DNA of 62,209 nt, filler included, from Choristocarpus tenellus KU-1152 (GCA_964200185.2; 10 parts of 10 records of this genome joined end to end with filler, not necessarily neighbours in it); one strand, 5' to 3'. Shown: positions 38,296-53,287, counted from the whole stretch's first letter. Notes: generated by a model from the letters alone, not told the origin. Numbers and translations: made by a program.

Positions 38296-40393
38296 CTGTT
38301 CAAGCAGTTGTTCTACCCTCCCTAGATCTTGAAAAAATACTTATGGACAACAGTGTTATGGTTGCTTTTGGAGCGAAGTTGGATTGGGATAGAGAAGAAA
38401 TAACATTTTCTGAGAGCACAGTTCGCATCCCAGTCACTCATAAAATTTCTCATATACCCATTGTTAATCCATCAACCATCAGTCAAAATACTGTCAAACT
38501 TTTTCAACAAACATGACAGTGGCTACAGTTTCAACTGAGTTCACCATATCTGTACAGGTAAGACATAAAACATATTTACTCCAGGAACCGAAACTGTTAT
38601 TTCGTTGTGTTCTTAGGCTTTACCTGGATCAGCCAAAGATGCTGTAGTGGAGCCCATTGTCAGGACAAGCATGGACTTCATCAACCAGGAACATCGCCAC
38701 TCTCCATGGAAAGATATCATGGTCAGTCGGTCTTTAATTGTTTGGGAAGAGGATGGATCTTGCCTAGTCAATATTGCCAAACCTTCCAACCATGGTGTTA
38801 AAATGCCTCCTCAATTTGTTGTAGGTCATATTTCACCAGTGGATCAAATTCACACCCTTTCTGAAAGCACAGACCAGTACCATAGCGGTTACTCCGAACA
38901 CTCCAGAGGAGCTTAAGCCCGTGATAAGTTAAAAGAAGTTTTCAGTAAAAAAAAGCCATGGTAGATACAGTGTTACCTGATCATGAACAAGAAAAACTAC
39001 TTAATAACCTTGTTGCTAAATATCGACCCGTATCTTCACTCACTTCTGAGGAACTAGGCTGTTACAATAATACCAGCGTTGAATTTCCACTTAAACCCGG
39101 TACATTTCCTGTGAATCGTCCACCATATCGGACCGCACCCAAAAAACGTGAAACAATCCGAAGTTGTGTGGAGGACATGGAAAATCAGGGAATAATTCAA
39201 CCCTCCTCAAGTCCTTGGGCGTCACCGGTAACCATAGTTACAAAACCTGATGGGTCACCTCGATTCTGTGTGGACTTTAGGCTCTCATTGAACAAATAAT
39301 TGTAACGTAATTCCTAGCCGTTACCATCTATGGAAGATTGTTTGGGTACACTAGGGGGAGCAAAATACCTGTCGTGTCTCGATGTTCAGTCAGCCTGCTG
39401 GCAACTACCCATCACCGACGCTAACGAACGCCAAAAAACTGCCTTTGTCACACCGGATCGAAAATACGAATTCAAAAGGCTACCCTTTGGTGTTGCTAAC
39501 GCACCATGGGTATATCAACACTTCATGTCAGAAACATTTTCGACTCTAGGACCGAGTATGAGCTTACTGATTTATCTTGACGATATTGTACTGGTTTCCC
39601 AATATGGAACCATCATTTCCAACTTCTTAAGAGTGTATTGCCGTTACTGCAGAAGGAGGAATCACCCTAAAACCCTCTAAAGCCCAATTTGGCTCAAAAT
39701 CAATTCATTATTTGGGACATAAAGTCAGCCCCAGTGGTGCTGCTGTGTCACCAGATCGAATCCAGGCTATTACTGCTCTGAAAGTCCCTAAATCTGTGAA
39801 GGAATTACAATCTTTATAGATTCCATGAACTTTATTAGGAAATATATCCCCTATTTGGCTACATTAACAGAGTCCCTGGTGTCACTTACAAGGAAAACTA
39901 CAAAAAAGTCTGGAAGGGTTTATCTCAACTATGGGGACGACCACAGCAAAATTATTTTAATGGGTGTAAACGTCTATTACCTATGGCGCCAGAGTTAAGC
40001 TTTCCAGCCTTTACTCGAGAGTTCTTTATTCACGTGGACGCTAGCGATGTTGGCATGGGAGCTTCCTTGGCACATAAAATGAGGACGATAGTTTCCAAAT
40101 TGTAGCCTACCATAGTGTTCTTTTTTAGGCCAACCCAGAGAGGATATTCAGCAATTCAGAAAGAATGTCTCGCCGTCATCCTTGCCATAATACATTGGCG
40201 CCCATATATTTGGGAAAAGCACTTTATAGTTGTAACTGATCATTCGGCATCGCGTTGGTTACATACAATGCAAGATACTTCCAATATTTTGACCAGGTGG
40301 GCCTTAGCCTTACACTCTTTTGACTTCACAGTTTTATTTACATAAACTCGGATGTTTACACTACATTCCGGATATGTTATCCCAGACACGGTT

Positions 40394-42952
40394 TGTCAAG
40401 ATTATGCTTGACCATTTGTGAGAATATGATTTGAAGTATAATTTTACGTACGCACAGACGATAATGTGGGACATTCGGGATATTTAGGCAGGGNNNNNNN
40501 NNNGCGGACTGTTAGAGTCGGCGTGTTTCTGACGTGTACTAGAGAAGTGTTGAGTCATTTGGTATTCTCAGTCATTCAATGTAAGGATTGGTGAGCCCCA
40601 CCTAGTGATGGTATTTCACTCTCTTCTCAACTTTGATATAAGTTAGTAAGCAATAATATAACTGATTGTGTGGGACAACAGTTCGTCAAGGACAGCTTAA
40701 CATGCAATAGCATTCTTATAAGCGTGCTTGCGTAGTTATTATACTTTGGATTTTAGCTATCACCTGGAAGGAGTCAAGATAAACTATGATGCCCAGATCA
40801 AGATTCGATACAAGTCTAACCCCATTGATGACGGAATGGAAGAACTGACAATGACCCGAGGGGGGGTGAGAATAATGATGGGACATCAGATTCGCAAGGG
40901 GGCGAGGTTTGGGCTGGGGCTAGAGATATGGTGGACGTGGGGGCTAGACCCGTATTTGCCCCGAAACTTAAGAAATATTCCTCAAAACAACCTGCGTTCA
41001 AGGGGCAACCAGGGGCGTGGAGGAAGTGGAGCAAAACGTTTCTTACACATGCAATCTCATCGGTATGGAGGGAGCCAATTATTAACTAAGGAACATCTGG
41101 AGGGTACTGTCGTTGGAGTATTCCCCGGTGGGTGTGGACCCATATCTGCACCATGCAATGACGTATGCAATTAATGGACTGTAGGAGGCGACGACACAAC
41201 CTGCTCTGGACATCGTGCTGACGTATGAATCTCCGAGTGAGGTGTTGGCTGCACCGGTCAAGAACTATGCTCATTCTGCACAAACAAAGAGAAATCTCGT
41301 GGAACGGCAATTGATGGACATGATGCTGGAACCTGGGGGAGATCCTGCTGACATCATTAGCCGGCAGGAGGCTCTTATAATGGAGCTGAAGAGCTTGGGA
41401 TTTTCCATGACAGAGGAAGATCGAGTGGGTTGGCTACAAAATTCACTCGGCGAGGAGTATCTGGGCCTCTTGTCTCAGATAGATGATGAGGAGTTGGTAG
41501 AAGGGCGGATTAAACTGGAAAAAGTAGTCCTTAAAAGATATCGATTGCATTTCATCCAAAGAAGGACGGAATCGGCTGGGGTGAGAGCTGGCGCACTCGT
41601 GGCAGGACGGCAATCCAGACACACTAGTAGAAAACTCAATTGTTGGGAATGTGGTGGACCTCACTTCCGATCCAAGTGCCCACAAATCAAGAAGCAGAAG
41701 ACGAGTGAAAGGGGCGTTACTTGCGTTGTGTGCGGGGAAATAGGACATCAAAGCTTCGCATGACCGCGAAGAAAATCGGTATCGTCAAGGGGTCTGGAAT
41801 CTTCGAACATCCAGAAGAAGAATCGGATGGGAGGGAATAGTTCTAAGAACAAGGGAGGAGGACCAAAATTGGATGGATCTGGCGAAGGACAACCAAGATT
41901 GGCAGGTTTTCCACTAACTAATCAAGTGAGTTATCTTGCTAGTATGGTAAAATCACTTCCCTTCTAGATACTGTCATGGGTTGAGGTTTGGATTTGGGAC
42001 AGTGGAACCACACATAATTTTACGACGACCAATCAAAACATGCTTAATTGGGAATCTTGTGATGGAACAGTTGTAGTTGGAGGTGGTGGAACACTTGACA
42101 TTGTGGGGAAGGGGGGCATAAAATTGGGATATGTTCTAAGTGGTAAATTGGAGACTGTTGTATTCACTAACGTACTTGTGGTGCCTGATCTTGGTGTGAA
42201 CTTGTATTCTGCCAAGGCTTGCATGTGAGATGGTCACAGTTTCCGGTCTGTCGACTCCACTAGAATCTTAACTTTTAGGGATAACGGGGAAAGAAATCTC
42301 ACCTTCCCGTCATTAGGGGAGGAGAAATTATTCTCCCTAGGGATGTGCAGAGTGAGTGTGAGGAATGACTCCGATTCTACTAATGTCCCTACCACTGATA
42401 CAACATCTATTTTTGGCACCCCAAGAATAAACTTGACCCAGAAAAATGCGTCGATGGATGTTAATGAGTTGCATGTATGATTAGACCGTGTTCATCAGGG
42501 GATGGTGAGAAAATACGCTTCTGGTCAGAATATTTTACTGACTGGGACTTGGGGACCATTTTGTCGAGGTTGCTCACTCGGCAAAGGACATCGGCATCCA
42601 ATACCAAAGAAGACTGAGAATTGGGCCTCGGAAAAGAGGGGGCATGTGTATGTGGACTTGACTGGACCGAAAGAACAACCAAGTAAGGGGAAGGGGCATT
42701 ACTATGCAATGTTCGTGGTGGACGACTGCATTCGAATGAGTTTCGGGTATTACTTGAGAACCAAGAGTTATCAAACGACATTGTCTGGATTTGAGAGATT
42801 CTTGGTCGACGTGGCGAAGCCTGCTGAGATAGAGATCAAAGCTGTGCCGATGGACTGTGGGACGGAATTTACTGGGGCTGTGTTAAAGAAATTGGTGTTC
42901 CCAAGACTTGTGTATGTAAATAACTCGATTATTTCCTCATTATGTAGAACAG
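40394..42952 (+). mobile_element. Decayed Ty1/Copia: 5' LTR (about 40394-40680), gag, protease, integrase N-terminus
   Basis: Putative LTR TGTCAAG...ACAACA; gag zinc knuckles CWECGGPHFRSKC and CVVCGEIGH; protease WIWDSGTTHN; VLVVPDLGVNLYS; CRGCSLGK; integrase VYVDLTGP, FVVDD, MDCGTEF. Domain order PR then IN is Copia-type. Confidence 0.92.
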
Positions 42953-44174
42953 NNNNNNNNNNNNNNNNNNNNNNNNNNNNNNNNNNNNNNNNNNNNTTAA
43001 TTAATTAANNNNNNNNNNNNNNNNNNNNNNNNNNNNNNNNNNNNNNNNNNNNCCCCCCCCAGATACTTTGACCCCTATGTATTTACTACTGTAGTATAGG
43101 ATTAACATAATACTTCGAAGGAATATAGTCCTGTATATTTTGATCACTATGTTAGGAAATATGGAAGAAGTTAAATATTATCGCCTTTTTCAACATTTGA
43201 TAACGAATCGCTTCCAAGTGTTTCAAGCGGTAACATCCAGTTTGTACGTCAGATACGAAGACATTGCATGTTTCCATTTGGTGAAAAGGCTTAACATTCT
43301 TCCTTCTTCTTGTCGAAAACGATATGACACTGGTAAAATCGGGTACTTGGTATCACTACTGTTTTTGATATTTAGGGTTAGGGCTAGGTTATTGTTTTTG
43401 TTCTTTCCTTGTGGCTGTGATATCCATGAAATATGAGCAGTCGTTTACTCCCAGTAATAGTTGTAATAAAATTTGAAATATATATAGATACATGTTATTA
43501 TGCCCTCTTGACATTTTGTAGATGTGTGAGCTGTAATATGATGTCAATGTGATTAGCCCCCCTCTTTTGACTATCATGAATTGTGTGCATAAGAGTATAT
43601 TAGTTCGGAAGGGTTTGTGACAGAATATATTTGATTCAGCCTTCTAAATTGTCGATTGTATTTCAATTTCTCAAAACTTAAGTACTTCAGGCGGTTCGAT
43701 TAGGTTGAGGAAATTCCAATGTGGTCGACCAATAAGAAGGCTGCTTCATTTGTTAAATTTTCACCCTTCCGATTTGGTACATAATATTTGTTTTTATTTT
43801 TTCTGATTTTTTTCATTTATTACTGGACCTTGTCATGATCTCAATGCGGTGATAATGCCTCTTCTATTAGTTCAAAACGGGTCGTGTGTGTTATTTTTTG
43901 TTTTTTTTTATGGGCGTAAATACGGAGGAAATATATGCGCACAAGAGGCGCATATAATGCAAGACACCACGGAGTGTACACGATCAAACAAATGGACTCA
44001 AGTATTGACATCCTAGGCACTCAGAAAAGTTGCTGTACACACATACTATGTGCTTACGAGAGTTGAAAAATACATTTTTGGCACTTCAGTATGTAATACA
44101 CACACTCCCCCTTCATCATGCTATGCACATTTATACCTCCTTTGCTTCCCTGTATTCCCCTACCATAGGAACAG

Positions 44175-47100
44175 GTGGTGTGTGGGTTCAGAGTCCAGGG
44201 CCTCTTTCTGAAGCGCCAGGACGAAGTTTCTGCTCAGTTTGCAGAGATCAATTCCAGGGAGATTCTGACGTCAGAGGCCATGTGGGAGGTGACCCCAAAC
44301 GTTTCTCTTGTGCTTCGACAGTACAATATAGTACTTCAAATACTTTGTAATGTGTATCACAATAAGATTCAATACTTAATATAGTGCCATATATCGTAAC
44401 ACCATTCTGAAATGTTAAGAGGGTCGTAATAACATCAGTCTTAATAGCAAGATGTGTGATGTGCCCTTTTTTTGAAAATAGGTGGTAGCTTGTTATGTTC
44501 TGAACAAAAAAATATACAAAAAACAAGTATAACTTACATTGAATTAGAAAAAAAAATGACGTGCTCAATTATATTGGAAAGAGGTGAAGCATGCAAGGTC
44601 CCGATTGGCAGTAAGCCCCCCTTCTGGTGAGGAGCCCATCTTGAGATGAACAAGAATTGAGGCACTCTTATTTGTGTGCTCTTTTCCCACTTCGGGATAC
44701 TCTACCTTATTGTGATACCTGACATGTGTTCACACGTATGATGGTCCATCATGATAAAGCACCAGAAAAGAGTACATGGCCCACTCTGATGCCTTGGTCT
44801 TGAAAAAGAGTCAGTACACTGCTGACCGCCTGACCCAGACTGTTTTCTTCCTGCCCTCCTCCATCTCACAAAAAGTTCCCTTGTGCCCGAGCATGGAGCC
44901 CTGGACGGGATTTCCTGGCTTAGTTGATGGCTTTGAATCATCCAATCTGGTGGTCTCGTCTATTTCTTCTTGGTCCTAGCTAGATAGGGTGACTTCTCCC
45001 TTTTATGATACACACTCTAAGCAAGTGCCAGAAGAATAAAATCAATGTAATAACTTCAATTGCAGGACATGCCCCATTTTCCTTCTATCTCGGCAGTCGT
45101 TTGAAGAGATCGGAAAAGTGTAATCCGTGTATGTTATATGTTGTGTTTTGGTCAAAGCGGTTCTTAACCCTAGATTTTTTCGTCTAAAGATATAATAGTG
45201 CAGCTTGCTGTGGTGAGATGTAGGGCACAACAATGACCCCAGTCGGTCAGCCAGTTGGCCATATCAGATTTTGGGGGAGGTCGCTATATATATATAATTG
45301 TGCTTCTCTAAAGAGCATGCAAGAATCGCAGACGGCCCCCCATTCCACACCCCAAAAAGCAGCCTTGACCTATTTAAGTGAACGCTGGTCAGCTTCTGAT
45401 TTTTTTTGTTGTTCTTGTCCTTCATCACCTTACCCTGGGGACTATCTCATCTCGTGGTCAGAGGAACAGCACACAACAGCTAATTTGATCATCTCTCTGT
45501 TGATGCCTTGCTCCTCGCACGTTGGATCCAATCATCCCACCATCTGTCACTCTGTCTACTCCCTCAAATCTTGTGCTGGGTCCACCTTGGTGTCACTCAG
45601 CAATGAAGCCTTGCCACCTCCTTCGGGATTCCCACATTTTTTGTGGTGCGCATCAGATAGGACTTCAATAGTATAGCTATAAAGTCTGTAGTGCTTGCCA
45701 CATGGACTCTCAATCATCGAAACAAGGTCTCCCTGACAATATATCTGGTGAACTGCGAAGTTACTCTGCTAGATGTTTGCCCTTGATCCAACGATCTTTA
45801 TTGTTATTGCCTACTCCTTTGCATGCTGCACTTCCTGCTGCCCAGTCATAAGTTCAACCTGGGTGAGGTCAGACTCTTGGTTGTTTTCATCCCACCCTTA
45901 GCCTTCCTTGCCACCATCCTCTCTGCATGTGGGAGGGCGTAATGCATGGGAGATAGTTCGACATCATAGTCGTCATTCGTGTGCTCATCCCTACTGTCGT
46001 CGTTATAGAAATACTATACGTGGGCACGCTCATGGACTCTTCGACTCATGGAAGTGTTTTGGAAGCTTTTGGTGTGGTCCATAATGGACAAACTCCATAG
46101 TAGATACGCATGAAAGAGCTAAATAATAGGCTCTTACATTTGTATTTGGACTTGTCGCAATCTAATCGAATCGTATTTGAATTGTAACAATTCAGTCACT
46201 AAGGTCCACAATATTGGTTTTTTATGGCGATTTAATGTACTATAATTAATTGTTGAGGATGGATGAAGGTTACATCATACAGTTATAACAACAGTGCAAG
46301 TATTGATTCACAGTTTTCGCCTCCTGTGTGTATGACAAGCAACCATTAAGAAACCTTGTTTACCAAACGTTTCTTGCGTTTTTGGTGGTTTCGGTTTTGT
46401 GGTGGACAAATTCCTGTTTACGACAGGCGATCCTGACAGGGCCCAAGCATTGGCGATTTCATGAAATGTGCACGTTCCACACACACAAGTTTTTGGACGA
46501 CTTGTCTGGGGGATTACGACCATTAGTGAAACACATGATTGGCGGAGAGGAGTTTCATCGACTCAAGGGCGAGATAGCGGACGCAATGATTGCGAGACTT
46601 CCCATAGCCATCAGGTAGGACTACAATTGTTCTGCTACGGTTCATTTCACCTCTTTCAGTTAAGAAAACAAAACTTAAAACAGGTAGGTAACTTTCCCGT
46701 TAATTCAACATGTGATATAAGATATGATGATGGTGCTGTAGTTCTAGTTGGATCACAAGAAAGTACGAAGTATAGGCATGAACCTTCCGTACTTTCGCGG
46801 ATTTGTTCAATACTTGAGTATTGTGCCTTACTCTGAGCTTAACAAGTAGGTGGGCTAGCCCTCGGGAACCATAGAAGTGATGAGTGTGGAGTGAGGATAA
46901 TTCCATCCTGTTTGGTTTTGTGGTACTTGGTTTTCAAGTTCCTGTTGATGGCTTGCAAATTTTGCATTATAATTCTTGTTAGTTTGAGCAGCAGCTACAT
47001 GGCGTTATACAATGATACATTTGGGTTGTAGATTGAGAGTGGAGCGATGGAATGCGACCATTGGCTATCACTGGCAGGTTATTTTCGTGTTTTGTTTGGA

Positions 47101-49955
47101 CGACAGTTACATTACAATTACACAATGATATCCTTGAACTGTAAATTGAGTGTTGGGTAGCGGAGTGGTGACCATCCAACGGGATTTTGTGTGTTTCGTT
47201 GAACATCAGTTTTATTATCGTTTCACGGTGATACCCTTATGTCATATATTGTCTGTGTGGAACAGTAGTGGAGGAGTGGTTATTTACCAGATTTTTAAGC
47301 ATTTCGCAAGAGAGATGGTTACGATATGGTTACACACAACAGTATATTGACTGTTTGTTCATCAGGTTGGTGGTAACGGAACTTGGTTTGGAAAAATGTT
47401 TGGGGCTGGTTCCATACTGACTACGCAATAGTAAATTCAGTTTGCTACTATTCCAGAGTACTTACAAATGGTATTGCCGTTATGTAAATAGGTGAGGAAG
47501 AGAGTCACTAATATTTTGGATTGTTTTTCTGTTGTTTAATCCTCCAAACCACTTCCAACTTATCTTCCTTTTCGTGTCTAACCCCAATCAACCATGTGCT
47601 TTTCCCTTCATTATCACCTCTCTACTCTACCACAGATTCGGGCACAACTACACCAACAAGGCTTTGGACATGGAAACCACCATTCGAGAGGTAAGGAAAT
47701 CGAACAGGTGAAACCTGGGGTTGGGCTCCAAATGCAGCAGGCCACTGTTTTTCCTGGGTTAATTAGAGATGCCACCAACTGATTATGAAGGAATTTGTGA
47801 GGTAGTAGGATGTGAATTGCTAATATTACACGCTAGGCATACCATACCACACTTGCGATTTTTTCATGATAACACACCGCCAATTAAACTAGAACATTAC
47901 TACACGTCACTTCCCTGTGTGAGAAAGGGGAAGGGTGTGGAAAAAGCAAAGTAGAATCACTTCCGGCATTACCCACTGCATCAAATCAAACTGCTGTGTT
48001 TGTTGGTGGGCAGTACAGGACTGATCATACGATTCATCTGGAAGAGTTAAATAGTCTGGCACATGGAATGACAGTACAAAGTAGTGGGAGACAAGATGAC
48101 TGAGTCCATTTGATTGAGTCTCTATTTTGTGCTGCAACACCTTGGAGTACAAGAGCCTTGCCAGGATCAACAACTTTCGAGATAAGAAAGTGATGATTGA
48201 AGGGTTACTGGATATGTGCGAAGAAGCAACAATAACGCCAATTGAGAAGCTTGCACATGTTGTTGAGCCAATAGGAGGTATTATAATATGATATTTGAAT
48301 CACTCACAGCCAGTTGCTTGAGATAAAGATCCCTGAGAGAGGATCTTATTGGTCTGATTGTCTCATAGATGGTACTAGGGTGTCACAAGTGTAGAAGGCA
48401 TAAAAAGCGCTGCTCTTGTTAGGGTTGGGTCTAGATTGCTTTCAACTTGTAATCCAATTCTCTATTTTTGCACATACAAAGCCAGTGAGTATCTAGGTAC
48501 CTATTCAGGAGGATGAATAATCTGCTGAGCAGCATCGGGGTAAACAACCAGATATTGGAAACTTATGACCAATCTTTTTGTCAATATTATCAAAGATACA
48601 AGGCACTAATAATGGACTGGCATTTGTAATAGCTCTGTTATTACTCCATTGCGCAACTGGTCCTACCAGAATTATCCCTGGTATCATTCTGACCATGCAC
48701 CAGTACAATTACACCTGTAACAATCACTAGTAGAATGATCTGTTGGGTGCAAATGGTGTACAAGTACCCCCATTTAGGTGTATGAAGAGAATAGGCCTAC
48801 AGATGAGAGTTTATGTTATATTGTGCTTCATCGCGGAAATCACATCCTCTCACAGTTACTAAACAGAAGGAGAGAGCACCAGCATTGCCTCTGCCTGCTT
48901 GAAGATGGTTTTTGCGCCCAAGTACTAAGGATGTACCACATATATCTCCTGAAGTAAAAATCATTTATATGCAACATACACAGAGTACATGTTTGTGGAG
49001 GGAGAGGGAGTTTACAAATTGTGTACAAATTACGATTTTGCATGTTTGTAGTCAATGGACTTGCTGCGGCTGGCCAGGGGACACACTTGTACCTACTTCA
49101 GCAGCGATATTTCTGGGGCTAGACTCTCCCCCTCGTTGGCCAATTATTGCAGAGTACATCTCCACTGTTGCTAGTAATCCTATGTGGGGTACTTACATGC
49201 CTTTTGGTTTGTGCAAACCTTGCACTTTTGATCGAAGTTTTAAAATTGTGAGAAAGCAATTGTACGTATTTTCTGTGTGTATCCTGGAAAGAACAGCATT
49301 TTATGATGTAAACAAACCTTTACACCAGATAGTACAGCCAAAGCATGCCCTCCTCGGCTCTGATGACATCCCTAGTCCTATTACCATGTCAATACTTTTT
49401 CCAATCTCATGTATCCTCCTGTATTGAACTCAGTTTCCCCGTACATTAGTGTGATAGTGTTCCGCAGTGACAGTGCTCCAGTGTGTGAGGTAAATTTTTT
49501 TCAGGAGTTTTGTAGGCGTTTTCACATAATGCAAAAGTCTCGGGATATGATACTTTCGAATTTATTGCCAACTCACAGCCAGCGTGGTTATCCTGGACAA
49601 TATATTTTGACACACCGGCCCATTGTTGTGTATTAGTATCACTAGTGATAATACTAATTTTACATTATTTTCACCACTACATTTGTATTACATTTTTTTT
49701 GTTGTCAACAATATTTTCTAATACTCTCATATTATAACGAATTGGAACATTCAAGGTGTGCCAGCCTCTTTGTACATTATGGTCCCCTTCCTATCCTCTA
49801 ATGCCATTACACAGGCAATGATGGGACTTAGCTCCAAAGACTTTGAAGGCGTTCTGCACCCAGTGTTCGAGGAGGATGAGCTCAAGCTTATTGTGGTGGG
49901 CGGTGCCCTGGGCGCAGCAGTAGGGGTGTTCCAACTCTTGGTAATGTTTGCCTAG
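44175..49955 (+). CDS. DUF445-family membrane protein, 3' part; exons 44175-44288, 46427-46614, 47636-47690, 49815-49955
   Basis: Phase-consistent exons give VQGLFLKRQDEVSAQFA...YTNKALDMETTIREAMMGLSSKDFEGVLHPVFEEDELKLIVVGGALGAAVGVFQ-stop. QGLFLKRQ and FEGVLHPxFEEDExxLIxVG are motifs I recognise from this family. Confidence 0.82.
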
Positions 49956-52900
49956 TAGGCACTTTGTCTTCACTTAATTCCGCCCTACTGTGAGTAAAGG
50001 AAGGTGTTGCTCTTCAACCAGCAAGCAGTTGGTGGCCTACTTAGTGCACCCTGGTGTCCAAGCTAGTGTTGATGTGCTTAGAAGTTAGTTTAATTCTGGA
50101 GTTCAAGTTTATAATGTTGATGGGCTTTGCAGGTCGTTTGTGTCATTTTCCCCCTACTACTACTGTTTTTACATATTGTAGTAAAATTCATTGGCACAGG
50201 AGGTCGAGCAGTATTGTTTGTGGTAGCATGTAAATGACAAGAGTCATTTGTCTACATCTATGTGTCTTTCAGAAAAATGACGTTATCATATCACTCACCA
50301 TGGCAAACTTGCAATATTGCTTTCATTATTTACAGAGTTGTCTATCTAGTCACAAGGACCTTTTTTAGTATTGTAGTTTTTCCTGGGTTTTGAGCACAAT
50401 AGAAGCTACAGGCAAACTGTATCAGAACACTGTTGGTATCATATTGATGTGGAGAGTTTCTCTTGTGTGCTGTATAAAGTTCGGAAAATCTAGAATGGGC
50501 ATTGATCAGCGCACTCTCTAAGTCATTGTAGGCTTCAACACATTAGTCAAAGTAAACGTGAGGTACCCAGAGTTACATTTAAAGGATGCTGACAAATATT
50601 TGCAAGGTTTGACTCTTTTTACAAATGCATGTAAGATAATTTCTCACTTACTGTCGAAAAGTTTCAAACAACAAAGAAATCAATGCTCTCAAGTCAAACT
50701 TACCACTTCATCCATAGAAATATGGGTGAATTACAAGAGATTGAAAAACTGACTTCAAATACAAAACAGTCAAAACCTGGGTATCTCTCTTTTTCTTTGA
50801 CTCACATATCTCATTCAACAGATTTCTATCAATTCATGAACCTCGCTTTAAAATAATCGAAATGTCTGAGTGAAAGCAAAAACGTACCCAAGGTGATGGA
50901 TAAGTGTGTCTGCCATTCACCTCGTTGATAGAACACAACATAATTTTCTTATAATTGTATACCTTAAGCATAGATCACGACACCTTTGGCCTTCCAGTCG
51001 ATTGTGTTGCAATTGCCCTGTAGCATGATGAGGATTTGAACTGGCATTCTAAAATATAACGAAAAGGGTGCAGGACAAGACTTCTAGGATGATGCTGAGG
51101 TTCCTATCACTTATGGTGATGCCCGATGTAAATCTACCTTATGGTTTCAATGATATCATGCTTGTAATGCTTCGTCAGACTCAGTTGATCTAGGAGGGGA
51201 GGGGCATGGTTACATTTTCCGAATGTCTTGCACTAAGGACGCTGTATCGAAAACTGATTTGTTGCCATCTATGAGGCATGGTAAGGCATTCCCTTCTGCA
51301 TTGTGCACAACCTTGTGGTCATCAAATCTTCAGGCAAAAACTGGTTCATCAAGCTTTGTTGCATGATAGGTCAATCCAGGGTAACGATCATTGATTCTTC
51401 TTGAACATTGTAGATTCCCTGCATTCGACACTGCAGTTTTCAGCATGGAGAGAGTCAGAGAAGTATTAACTGCAGAGAATATAGAATTACCATTGTTCTA
51501 AGAAACACAGAAATTAAATTGTATGTTGATGATACCATACAAAATATCTCTAGAGTACTATCAATAGCAGAGCTCTCCCATTCATACTTACCCAAGACAT
51601 CTTGCAGCATGTTCTCTGTCAGGATCAACATTGTTGTGCCCTGCTCGTCATTATGTAATTGATCATGTGTTGCGTGCTCACCATAATCCCTCTGATTGGT
51701 GGTTAAATGGGGATAAACCCACTTTCTGTCACTTGTGAGAAGACAGCACTAGGGAGGCTAGTGTACCGCAAAAGAGGTCTATGCTATTTTAAACAATTTA
51801 TTCCCTATTTTACCTAACGCACACAACAACAATTCTGATGGTCCCAACCCGAAGTAATCCCACTAACAGTGGGGTCCATATGATGTACAGTATGTCACAT
51901 GTTGATGCCCATGACTGATACTCTGTTTGAATCTCTCCCACTGACTTCAGTTCCTCAGGTGGAAGTTTTTATCCTCAGCATCCAGCACTACCTACATACA
52001 TATATTCCTAATTTCAACAGATTACATGCGTGTAGGCCCTAGTTTGGGATGTTACCGATCATTGATCTGGAACATTACCTTCCTCAGTCAGTGATCACAA
52101 GAAGGTATACCTGGTCACTGCACATTGTACTGGTGAAACGGCCAAAAAAAATTACATCCAAGTGCCAGTACGTGCTGAGCTTCCAATATTGTTGCTCAAG
52201 TCACCTGTATGTAAGAGTCTTGTGCATGCTGGACTTGTGAAACGACCAAAAATCAGTTTCGGATCCAAATATTGTATAACTGCCACTGTGTTCTGAAGTG
52301 CTAATCTTCCATCCAGATCTACGATAGTGAGCTATCCTATCTTAGAGGGGGGTGTTGTTGACTATTTGGGACCCCAGTGACTGCTTGCTGTTACATTTGC
52401 TTCTTGCACTCTGGATGGCGACTTCGTGCCCATCTTGCGGACCAAACATTAATCTCCTCTTCCACGGTCACAGCCTACTTCGTTCGAGGGTTAGCTGCAT
52501 CTCAGATATGAACATGGGGTGTGAGCGAGAAGATTTAAAAGGCCCTAAATACCCCAAATGGACAAAATAGCCCCCCTTTCAGCTGGGGCGGCTCAATAGA
52601 ATGTCAATAACAGGACAGTTCAGTCCTTGTACTTTATTCTCGCACTCAAACTAGCCGTCAACACGGGCGCGGAATCTCAAAACGGGGAGGTCCGATTTGC
52701 TATAGTTGCAGAGTAAGATCTGCAACTTAGAATAAAGCAACGGTTTTCAGGTGTATTAGGACTTCGTAAACACAAAATAGAATAATGGAGGGCAAACACC
52801 CATGTTAGAACTCTTTATCTATGTCGTAAATTCCCATTGATTAAAATTATACCTACATCTGCTGGCCTGGACCTTTGACTCTCAGCATAACTCTGGGGTC

Positions 52901-52981
52901 TTGTACGTGCATCAGCGTCATCTATAGGCATGTGGACTGGAGCTACACATCAGGTGAATGTAACCTTTAACAGCGGATTCT

Positions 52982-53287
52982 CAAAATTGAGGATGGAGCA
53001 TGCTATGGAGGATGGGTTTGACCCAAAATTGACTGGGAAAAGTGTCGATATGTTTTTTATTGTAAATGTTGCGGCACTTTATAAGGGCCCCTTTTCGAAT
53101 GGGATATATTTTTGTTCAAAACTATTTCAGTGCTTGTGGAGGGCACCGAAACGATTTGGAAGCGACCTTGACCAAGCCAAAGGTGTAAGGACAGACGGAC
53201 CCTCCCGTGGGGGAGCTGGTAACGGTTTTGGCATGCTTATATGTATGGTACACTATAGATTGTATTATACAGTACATACATACATAC
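52982..53287 (+). repeat. Unclassified interspersed repeat of about 280-300 bp (family C); other copies at 56119-56395 (+) and 59297-59351 (-, fragment)
   Basis: Colinear similarity from CAAAATTGAGG through GGTAACGGTTTTGG..TATGGTACACTA, followed by (TACA)n in this copy. Confidence 0.8.

Larger units (their letters stand above)
36779..40393 (+). mobile_element. Decayed Ty3/Gypsy gag-pol (protease, RT, RNase H; integrase absent)
   Basis: Degenerate protease IAVDTT; RT motifs PYR, SSSPWASPV, RFCVDFR, KTAF, YEFKRLPFG, IYLDD; RNase H motifs VDASDVG, KECLAV, VTDH, RWAL. Many stops and frameshifts. The 5' boundary is approximate. Confidence 0.92.

Noticed and set aside
47800-49450. Decayed LINE in the DUF445 intron (WSNNRAIT resembles NYRPIT)
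   Set aside because: Only a single weak motif.
50100-52500. Possible hAT or other transposase relic
   Set aside because: No confident catalytic motifs or termini found.
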